Shown: piece after piece, positions 1 to 8,900 of the stretch
How the letters are laid out: the number at the start of each line of letters is the position of its first letter
How positions within the stretch are numbered: the stretch's first letter is position 1
Origin: Fonticula alba ATCC 38817
Taxonomy: Eukaryota; Protista; Nucleariida
Length of the DNA: 21,854 nucleotides
Assembly (NCBI GenBank): GCA_000388065.2
Contig: KB932210.1
Strand: one strand, 5' to 3'
Made by a program: the position numbers and the translations under genes
Notes under the pieces: generated by a model
Databases searched by the model: none
What the model saw: the letters and a program-made list of their open reading frames with translations, nothing else
What the model was told of the DNA's origin: nothing

Positions 1-38
1 CCCCCCTCCCTCCCTTCCCACACGCACATGCAACGCAG

Positions 39-1733
39 GCCCGCTTCTACTCCACTCCCACTTCGACCACCCAGGAGGAGGAGCCCAACGTCATTGCCAC
101 CGCCGGCTCGGACGTCTTCACTCCCACCACCGGCAAGGCTCCCAGCATCAACCGCAACTTCAACGTGCGTCTGCCCTCCGCCCTGGCCTTTCCTCCCCCC
201 CCCCTCTCGCCACCCGTCCGGCCCTTTTCCAGACCGCCCCCCCCTCCCTCGCCTCTGCTGACTCGTTCGCCTGCCCACATGCACACGCGTACACAGACCA
301 CCAAGTACGGCGGCCGCCATACCGTCACCCTCATCCCGGGTGACGGTATTGGCCGCGAGCTGACCGACTCCGTGCGCGCCATCTTCAAGGCCGCCGAGGT
401 CCCGGTCGTCTTCGACATTGTCGATCTCGTCCCCGATGAGACTGGTACATGACTTCTCCCCCCCCCCCTTCCCCCCTCTCCGCGGCCACTGTCGCTGTCG
501 CCACTCCTCCCTCCGCACCCGTCTGTCCTCCTGGCTGTCCTTGCTGACAACACTCGCGCCCTCCCCCGTCCCCTTCCCCCGGCCCATGCTCCCCCACAAC
601 CAGGCAACGTGGACATCTCCGAGGCCGTCCAGTCCCTGCGCCGCAACAAGGTCGGCCTGAAGGGCGTGCTCTTCACGCCGATCCTGCGCACCGGGTCCCA
701 GTCCTTCAACCTGCAGATCCGCAAGGAGCTGGACCTGTACGCCAACCTGGTCATCTGCAAGTCCATCCCCGGCTTCCCGGCCCGCCACAAGGATGTCGAT
801 ATTGTCATCATCCGTGAGAACACCGAGGGCGAGTACTCCGGCCTCGAGCACGAGCCCTTCCCCGGCGTGGTGGAGTCCCTGAAGGTCGTCACCGCCCACG
901 GGTCCGAGCGCATTGCCAAGTTTGCCTTTGACTATGCCCGCCAGAACAACCGCTCCAAGGTGACCGCCATCCACAAGGCCAACATCATGAAGCTCGGTGA
1001 TGGGCTCTTCCTCAAGTCCTGCGAGGACATGGGCAAGCTCTACTCCCAGATCGCCTTCGACTCCATGATCGTTGACAACTGCGCCATGCAGGTGCGTCGC
1101 GCGTGCCGGCCTCTTGCCTCTTCTGCCTGCCTCTTGCGGTCGGGCCCGGGGCAGGAGGCTGCGGCTCTCCTCTTGGCGCCCTCTCCCTCTCCCTCGCCCC
1201 CCCTCCCCCATCGCCTGTTCCATGTCGCTCACCCTCCGTCCCCGCCTCCCCGCCTCCCCGCCTCCCCGCCTCCCCGCCTCCCCGTTCATCCTCGCGCACC
1301 GACCCATCCCGCGCCGCCCCGACACCGCCCCGACGCCGCCGGCCCCCGTGCACAGATCGTCGCCAAGCCCCACCAGTTCGATGTCATGGTCATGCCCAAC
1401 CTCTACGGCAACATCATCTCCAACATCGGTGCCGGGCTGATCGGCGGCCCGGGCGTCTGTGCCGGTGCCAACATCGGCACTGACATTGCCCTCTTCGAGC
1501 CGGGCGCCCGCCATGTTGCCCGCGACATCCAGGGCCGCAACCTGGCCAACCCGATTGCCATGCTCACCAGTGCCACGATGATGCTTCGTCACATCGGCCT
1601 CAGCTCCTATGCCGACAACATCGACAACGCCATCTACAAGGTCGTTGCCGACGGGAAGATCCGCACTCGCTGCATGGGTGGCAACTCCTCCTCCACCGAC
1701 TTTGTCCTTGGTCTGATTGCCGAGCTCCGCTAA
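39..1733 (+). CDS. IDH1: Mitochondrial NAD-dependent isocitrate dehydrogenase, non-catalytic (regulatory) subunit, yeast IDH1 / IDH3B-G type; 5' end outside window
   Basis: Exons 39-164, 297-444, 604-1091, 1356-1733 (GT-AG, frame kept, 379 aa visible, TAA 1731-1733). Bases 1-38 are an intron end (CAG 36-38). Motifs KYGGRHTVTLIPGDGIG, IIRENTEGEYSGLEH, HKANIMKLGDGLF. PNLYGNIISN has Asn where catalytic subunits have PNLYGDILSD, which marks the regulatory subunit. Symbol uses yeast nomenclature. Confidence 0.93.
1239..1284. repeat. (TCCCCGCC)x5.75 octamer tandem repeat in IDH intron 1092-1355
   Basis: Read directly; five perfect copies plus TCCCCG. Confidence 0.9.
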
Positions 1734-2394
1734 GGTCCTCCCTTCTTCCTCCCCCTGCTCTCCTGCTCCGCGGCATGTGCACGTGTGGGCATGTTGTCTG
1801 GATGCAAGAATAGGCGTGCCAGTGCGGCATGCATGTGCCGCGTTCCCCCCTCCTCTCGCCTTGCTGTGCGAACACCTTGCGACTTCTCCTTCCCACATTC
1901 CCCCCCCCCCCTGCATTCCTCCTCCTGCTCAAGCACCGCGCGAGCATGCCGGGCGCGATGGGACCTCCGCCTGCGAACGCTCCCTGCCCTGCTCTCACCC
2001 CCTTGCGTTTCGTGGCTCGGCTCTTCCCTCTCCTTTGTCCATTTCTTCTTCCCCCCTTCCCTTCCCCTCCCCCTCCCCCTCCTGAATATACATTGTCATA
2101 GATAGCTCCTGTCGTGTGCTTGTCCCGGTGTTCATGTGTGAGCGCACTTCCCGCCATATCCCGGGTCGTGTCCTGGATATACATATGTATATGGATGTGT
2201 GTGGGTATGTGTTTTCTTTCTGCTCGCATTCGCCCGGCCTCCGCCCCGCTGCCCCGCCGCCGCGCCTCCGTGGTCCCTCCTGAATATGGTCCATTGTTCG
2301 GGCGCTTCTGAGAGACTAACTAGACACGTTTCACGAACAACAAACAAACCATGAAGATATTTATTCCGAAAGATGGAGAGGAATGACGGATTAC

Positions 2395-2467
2395 GGGGGC
2401 GTAGCTCAAATGGTAGAGCGGCCGCTTAGCATGCGGCAGGCAGGGGGATCGATACCCTCCGCCTCCA
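2395..2467 (+). tRNA. tRNA-Ala(AGC), intronless
   Basis: Acceptor GGGGGCG/CGCCTCC with G3:U70 Ala determinant; D arm GCTC-AAATGGTA-GAGC; anticodon arm GCCGC-TTAGCAT-GCGGC (AGC 2428-2430); T loop ATCGATA typical of eukaryotic tRNA-Ala; discriminator A; TTTTT terminator 2473-2477. Confidence 0.97.
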
Positions 2468-3670
2468 TTCCCTTTTTCGAGCCCCGCCCAAAGCAGCTTC
2501 TCACGTGAAAATCCGCCCGAAATCCCCCGGCGGAAGGGGAGACCTGTGGGGCGTACCGCGGCGGGCACGACCCCGCTCTTTCCCCCGGGCCCCTCCGTGG
2601 TGTGGCCGGGGTTGGCCAGGCACCGATCGTTCCCGCCCCGCCGGGGCAGGCGAGGGGCCGCCGGAAAGCTCCCTCGGTGTGCACGCCCGGCGGAAGGGGG
2701 GATAGCAACAGTGCTGTTGCCCCGCCCCCCCCCCCCCCCCCCTGGCCCCGGGTCAGGAGCGAGAGACTCTCCCAGAGCGGGGGCGAGCGGCCCACACTGT
2801 GGGGCGCTCCGTGATCCGCCACGCGGGGCCAGCGCGCGGGGAGCGCGCGCCCCTTTCCCCCCTCCCCCAAGCGGTGTCCCAGTCCGACAGGGCGGCGTGC
2901 TTTTGGCCCTGCCAAAGGGGCCCTGTGGTGCGAGAAAAAATTGCCCCAACGTGTTGCCAGGCAGAAGCGCAGCCCAGCGGTGCATTGGTTCCTTCGCACC
3001 AGGGGCGCGCGGGGGGCGGGGGCCGGGGGGGGCCAGGGGACCGGGCGGCCCCCTTCCGTCGCCCAGCTAGGCAGATGTGCCGGGCCAGGCCCGCCCTCCA
3101 GCCCGGACCCCCCCCCCCACGCGGCAGTGTCGCCACCCGCATGCGGCCCAGCCAGGACAGATGGGCTTGTGGTGTGAGGGCCAAGGGGGGGGGAGGGGGG
3201 CCTAGCACGCGCAGAGAGGCTGGTCAAGGGCGCGGGCGCATCGCGCCAGGTGGATCTCCCTGGCAGACATCCTGTGAGGCCCCGGGGAGGAGAGCAGGGA
3301 TAGATCTCGACCGGCGCCACAATCCAAGCGGTGGCCACCCACACTTGCGCCAGGGGGGGGGCGCCTCAGGGACAAGCAACCACCACGCCTTCGGCCTTTC
3401 TCCAGATGGACGAATGCGGCTGGGAGACTGGGGCGAGGAGAGCGAGGCCCGGGGGACTGGTCGTAGGGCACCTCGCGGGCCATGTCCCCCCTCTCGCCGG
3501 CTCCCAAAAAGCCCCCCCATCGCGACTCAACCCCAGAGTCCCATCCTCTAGCCGCCCTCTCCGCCCCCTCTTTCTCATTCCCTCGCCCACACTGCGTCCA
3601 GGAGAGCGCGTCCGACGCCCAGTAAAAAACAAAAAAACAAAGCCCCGTTGGCCCGCCAGGCAGCCCCCCC

Positions 3671-3738
3671 NNNNNNNNNNNNNNNNNNNNNNNNNNNNNN
3701 NNNNNNNNNNNNNNNNNNNNNNNNNNNNNNNNNNNNNN
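3671..3738. other. Assembly gap (68 N)
   Basis: Run of N; probably hides the A of the transporter ATG (nTG GAG TCC). Confidence 0.99.
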
Positions 3739-5701
3739 TGGAGTCCCACCACCTTGAGCCGTCCTCCTACCAGGGCTGCTGCGGGGCCAAGACCCCGGAG
3801 TTCCTGCGGGTCCAGCCGCCGGAGAAGATCTCCAGCCGCCGGCGCCTGGTGCTGATTCTCGTGTCGACGGTCATGTGCTGGTGCGTGCGCATCATTCATC
3901 TCCCCGCCCCCCCCCCCCTCTCCCCTGCGCTGGCCACTCGCCAGCCTCGCCAGCCTCGCAGCCTCACAGCTGACCCCGCATTCCCCCGGCCCTCCATGTG
4001 TGCAGCCTCACCACCGGTATTGTGTTCGGGTTTGCCGCCCTCAAGTCCATGCTGATCGCTGATGGGGTTTATCATGACCTGTGCGAGGTGGCGGATACCT
4101 CCTCGGCCCTGTCGTCGGCCTCCTCGTTTGCCGGATCGCTGCTGGGCCAGCTCCCTCCCATGCCCAGCATGACCACCGCCGGCGGGCTGATCATGAAGAG
4201 CTTGCTCCCGCTTGTCTCCGGGTCGGCCGGGAGCTCCGCCTCCTCCTCGTTGGACGGCTCCGGCCCCTGCACGGCTCAGATCCTGCGCATCGACCTCATG
4301 TTCACCATTGCCTCCTTCGGGACCAATGTGCGTCTCGCATCCCCTGGCCCTCCTGTCCGCTTCCGTCTGTCTCTCCCTGGCCCTCTCCATCCATGAACCA
4401 TGGTTGTTGACAGCTTCTCCTTCCTCGCTTCTTCCTCCGGGGCTTCCGAAAACAACGCCTCCCAGGGCATTTCCCCGATCGTTGGCTTCATCCTGGATCG
4501 CTATGGCCCGCGCTTGTCTCTGATGATCTCCTCGGTATGCATCGCCGTCGCGCTGGTTCTCTTCTCGGCGTCCAGTTCCAACCGTACGTACACTAGCTCT
4601 CCCTTTCATCCTGCCTCTCCTCCTCGGCCGGGCGATCCTTACCAGCGCGGCGTCTGCCAATCCGATAATAACACTGCGTCTGAATCCTCCCCCCCCCCCC
4701 CTCTCTCTCCCCCCTGCACTACACAGCCGCCTTCGACATGTACCACTTCTCCTCTTTCCTCCTGGCCGTTGGCGGCACCTTCGCCACGATCCCCGTGCGT
4801 CTCATGGGCTTGCTCCCTCCCTCAGCCCACTTGCTTCCTTTAGCCAGCACTGACATGCCCTCCTCCTTCTCCCTGCATGTGCCTCGCCTCTTGCAGCTCA
4901 TGGGTATCTGCAATGCTTTCCCCAAGCGCTCCGGCCTGATCATCAGCTGCTTCTCCGGTGCTTTCGACATTTCGGCCCTGATCTTCCTCATTTTCCAGGT
5001 ATGCCTATGCCCCTGTCTATGTCTATGCCTCTGTCTATGCCTCTGTCTATGCCTCTGCCCATGTCTATGCCTTTGCATACACGCACACACACACGCGCAC
5101 GCACGCACCAGCAGATCCACACTCTCCCCTCGGCACACAGGGTCACTCACCCCTTTCCTCCTCCCCTGCTGCAGCTCCTCTACCAGCATGCCAATGTCGC
5201 CATCTCGGACCTTTTCCTCGGGTACCTGATCGTCCCTGCCATCATGGTCGTGTTCTATGGCACACAGATGCCGGACTCCACTTTCAAGGCGTCGCAGCTA
5301 CCCCCGGACACTCTCAAGTCGTTGGAGGCCGAGCTGGAGAGCGATGACCATGACAGCTCGCCCCTGCCCGAGCCGAAGCCCGCCGCACCGGTCAACAATG
5401 CCGTACGTCAACGCTCGCACGAGTGCATCCCTCCCCCCTCCAACCATGCCCCTGTGCCAGCCTGGCCTGACAAATGCCGCTTCCCCCCTTGTTGCATTGG
5501 TGCCCTCGCCTCTCCCACCGGGTGCCGATACTGCCCCCCAGGACTCGGCGATGCACAACATGACTGCCTTCCAGCAGATCTTCTCCCTGCGCTTCCTCTT
5601 CCTGGCCCTCTTCACCTGCATCTACTTCTTCCGTCTGAACTTCTTCATCCAGACAGTCGAGGACCATGTCCGTGAACTTGGCTACTCGGAGACCGACAGT
5701 A

Positions 5702-5749
<48 letters not shown>

Positions 5750-6485
5750 TACACAGCGACGCACGGCTAGTTTACACCCTCTGCATGCCCCCTGGCCATT
5801 GCTCACCGATCATCCGCCCTCCTCCCCAGCTGTCTTCATCACGCAGGTCTTCTCCATCATGCTCCCCCTGGGCGGCATCATCGCCACGCCGCTGACCGGC
5901 TGGATGCTTGACCACCTGCCCTTCTATGTGACTTTCCTATCGATCTCCGGCTCGCTGCTGCTCTTCAGCGTGCTGATCCTCATCCCCTCGCTGCCGCTGC
6001 ACTATTTGGCCTACGCCATTTTCAGTGTCGTCCGCCCGATGTTCTACGGCTCCTTCACGGACTATGTTAGCCGGGTGTTCGGCTTCCGCCACTTTGGCAA
6101 GGTCTACGGTGTGCTGGCCTTCCTCGGTGCCCTCATGAGCCTGGCTCAGTATCTCTTCTCCTACTGGGGCAACACCGCCCCGAGTGGCTTCCTCGGCCCA
6201 AACATTTTCTTCCTGGTCACCATGGTGGCCTCCCTGTACTTCCCGGCGCAGCTGTACTTCCGCCACCGGGAGCTCCGCGATGCGGCTGCCAGTGCCACCG
6301 ACGAGAGCGTCGCCATGGTCACCCTGCAGCATTACGATGACGATGACGACAATGGGTCTCCGCGTCTCGGCGCCCTGGCCGCCGCCACGGCCGGCTTCGC
6401 CCTCGATCACGACGACGACTATGATGACGACGATATCTTCGCCGACAGTCCGACCGATGATTTTCTCCCCTCAGACGTCCGGTGA
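3738..6485 (+). CDS. FMP42: MFS transporter, SLC43 (LAT3/LAT4) / fungal FMP42-like
   Basis: Exons ~3738-3880, 4006-4327, 4466-4583, 4727-4794, 4897-4998, 5175-5402, 5542-5698, 5830-6485; frame kept, ~597 aa if the start is nTG at 3738. Family-like motifs recalled from FMP42/SLC43: GIVFGFAALKSMLIADGVYHDLC, CTAQILRIDLMF, VGFILDRYGPR, SGAFDISA, FGFRHFGKVYG; many hydrophobic helices. Start codon inferred across the gap. Confidence 0.85.
4999..5076 (+). repeat. Degenerate hexamer array (consensus CTMTGY, 13 units) starting at a splice donor
   Basis: gtatgc|ctatgc|ccctgt|ctatgt|ctatgc|ctctgt|ctatgc|ctctgt|ctatgc|ctctgc|ccatgt|ctatgc|ctttgc. Confidence 0.85.
5704..5755. repeat. Compound (CT)n(CA)n microsatellite in transporter intron 5699-5829
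   Basis: Read directly, immediately after donor GTACGC. Confidence 0.9.
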
Positions 6486-6539
6486 GGCGGACATCCCCCT
6501 CCCCCGTGTGTGAGGCTTTCCCTTGACCTACAGACCCAG

Positions 6540-6540
<1 letters not shown>

Positions 6541-6579
<39 letters not shown>
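6541..6579. repeat. (CA)19 microsatellite downstream of the transporter stop
   Basis: Read directly. Confidence 0.95.
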
Positions 6580-6583
<4 letters not shown>

Positions 6584-6742
6584 CTCTGGACACCGTGGCA
6601 TTCTGCCATGAGCCGGGAGGATGTGTTCCCCATCCAATGTGTATCCCTCCCCTTCCCTCCTCGCCATCTGGCACCGTCTCCTTCTCTGACGGCTCTCTTG
6701 CTTATAGATATTCCTTTTTGTAGAACAAAAACAGCCCCTTGT

Positions 6743-8374
6743 CTATTTTCTTGCCGCCACCGGGGGAGGATCCGGCGTGCTCGAGGGAGGGGGCGAGTCG
6801 ATTGAAACGTCCGGCAGATCGCCCGTCAGGGGAGCCGAAAAAAAGAGACACCCGGCCACGTCCACACAGGCAATCCGCGCCGCAGGGGGCCGGGACAGAC
6901 CCCCATCAGCCGGGATGCCGGCCCCGCCGAAGCGGTCCACCACCTCGGCCACCGAGCGGAAGAGATCCGAGCTGGGCGGACAGCCCGAGGAGGGCAGGAG
7001 CGTCGCCTGGGATGCCGCAGCCCCGGCCAGCGGTCCGCTCTCGGCCGCAAACACCCACACCAGCGCATCCGGAGGGGGAGGGTTGCTGCGGCGGAAGGAA
7101 TGGTGCCGCGAGGGTCGGAACAGCTCGAAGTACTGGGCTTGGGATCGCCCATCAGGTGATGCAGGGGACTTGGCGCCGGCATCCCGATCAGATCGCCGAC
7201 GGCCGAGCATATCCAGGGCGCGCCGTGCCCGGGCCGTGAAAACACCCGACGTCCGGCAGTTCGGCCGAGTATGCCGAGCAAGTGACATTTGTGCGTAGGG
7301 TGCAGGCGGGGGCGCGGAGCCGGAGCCGGGGGCCGGCGACGAGTCCAGGATGCTGGCCAAGGGTGGAGATGGGCCCGGGCCAGGCGCCGGCAGGTGGCGT
7401 GGCCGCCGAAAGACGAACCCCAAACGCTTGAGAATCCCATACACAGCCAGGTAGGAGGTATCGCAGTCCAATCGAGCAGGAACCTGCTGCCGAAGCGGCA
7501 TTGCCGCCGTGGCATGGCACAGGTGCCCGAGCCACGCGCGAAGAAGGGCCGGCGACAGGAACCGCACGGTCTCGGGCGTTTGGAGGAGACACTCCGCCAG
7601 CAGCGGATCCAGCAGCCCAACCAGACACCGGCAGGGCAGTTCCAGGGCCGCCAGCTCGGGCGTGCTGGACAGGCCCGGGCTTTGCAGGAGGGACATCGGC
7701 CGGATGGCCGAGACGGGGGCCGGCTGGTCCGTGTCTCCCGGAGGCCCATCCGGCGGACAGGGGGATCCCGTCGGCGTGCTGTCGCCAGACAAGGGGACGC
7801 ACGGGGAGGCCGCCAAGCCGGCACCCTCTACCGGCTGGAGACCGGCGTCAGGGGCCAACCCGCTGGCCGGGCGCCCACCGCCACACATGCACCGGGGTGC
7901 CGGGCTCTGCCGAGCCAGGGCCGCCTCGTAGGATGACTGATCGCAGATGAGGAGCGAACCACGCTCCAGCAGGAAAACCGCCTCCTCCGGTGCCAGCCAT
8001 GTCCCGGGCAGGGGAAAGTGCGCAAGACCCATGCTCTTGAGAAGCGGCCCACGAGAGCGCAGGAGTTTGGCCGCGCCGAGGGCCGGGTACCAAGCGGCCA
8101 GCGAGCGTTTGTCTCGGGCGCCGATGGGCATAAAGCACCCCTCGGCCTCCAGCGGCGCCAGGTGGGACATCTGTGCCGCGAAGATGACCGACGGGTCGTG
8201 GACCTTGACGCCGGCATGGCTGGAAAAGAGGGGCGGCGCATGGCGCTTGCGCTGGCTCTGGCTGGGCGGGTTTCGGGCCGCGGCCCGACCGAGGGTCAGC
8301 CAAAAGGCCGCTCCCGAATCGACGTCCGAGTCATGGTCCGAGGCGGAGGGCGAGGAGTTTGGAGCATCATCCAT
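6743..8374 (-). CDS. SEN54: tRNA-splicing endonuclease subunit Sen54-like, divergent, apparently single exon (543 aa)
   Basis: Sen54-type motifs in the expected order: RSRGPLLKSMG, WLAPEEAVFLLERGSL, RPMSLLQ, YLAVYGILKRLGFVFRR. Uninterrupted ORF with no C-rich intron-like tract on its sense strand. Confidence 0.75.
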   Translation of the reverse strand: MDDAPNSSPSASDHDSDVDSGAAFWLTLGRAAARNPPSQSQRKRHAPPLFSSHAGVKVHDPSVIFAAQMSHLAPLEAEGCFMPIGARDKRSLAAWYPALGAAKLLRSRGPLLKSMGLAHFPLPGTWLAPEEAVFLLERGSLLICDQSSYEAALARQSPAPRCMCGGGRPASGLAPDAGLQPVEGAGLAASPCVPLSGDSTPTGSPCPPDGPPGDTDQPAPVSAIRPMSLLQSPGLSSTPELAALELPCRCLVGLLDPLLAECLLQTPETVRFLSPALLRAWLGHLCHATAAMPLRQQVPARLDCDTSYLAVYGILKRLGFVFRRPRHLPAPGPGPSPPLASILDSSPAPGSGSAPPPAPYAQMSLARHTRPNCRTSGVFTARARRALDMLGRRRSDRDAGAKSPASPDGRSQAQYFELFRPSRHHSFRRSNPPPPDALVWVFAAESGPLAGAAASQATLLPSSGCPPSSDLFRSVAEVVDRFGGAGIPADGGLSRPPAARIACVDVAGCLFFSAPLTGDLPDVSIDSPPPSSTPDPPPVAARK

Positions 8375-8900
8375 ATCTCCCCTTCGGGCAGGAAAGCGGG
8401 AGGAAAGGGAGCGGACAAAAGAGGGAGACGGTCGAGGTGAAGGAGGGGGCGTGCCGGAAAAATGGGCACATGAGCCGGGGAACGGGGCTTTTTATATCGC
8501 CCTACTCGAATAAAACACAAAAGATCGCTAATGTTTCAATGTAGTTACACATTGTTCTACAATATCTAAATGTTTTTAGGCAACAAAGTCCTCCATTTTT
8601 GTAGTTAGTGGATACACAACAATTGCTTTTTTTCATTTGCCTTGAGGCCGTGTATATTACAAAAAAGCCATACGTTTTTGCACATATCCATTTATTCTTG
8701 GATGTGGGTGCTCCACGAGATTGGCCTCGGTATTTCAGCAGCCATCGCACGGTGGGTGGCCGCCGGGCAGACTAGCAACGCTCTCCGTCCGCCAGTTTGC
8801 CGCCCCCCTTTTCCGCCCTCCCTCTTGTCCTCCTTTCTTTCCTTCCCCCGCCCCCTCCCAGCCTGCTCTTTTTGTCTCCTCCCTCGTCGTCCTTCACCCC
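8375..8900. promoter_or_regulatory. Probable bidirectional promoter (SEN54/PRPF3) with AT-rich core ~8490-8700 and ATTGG (reverse CCAAT) at 8720-8724
   Basis: Divergent ATGs at 8374 (-) and 8901 (+); a sharp AT-rich island in GC-rich DNA. Function inferred. Confidence 0.55.

Noticed and set aside
609-1733. ORF-track IDH start at 609
   Set aside because: Upstream exons continue the conserved N-terminus, and the ORF includes the retained intron 1092-1355.
2406-3670. 150-310 aa Pro/Gly/Arg-rich ORFs in spacers (also 15623-16590 and 17763-18880)
   Set aside because: No recognisable motifs; long ORFs are expected by chance at this GC content, and they overlap each other on both strands.
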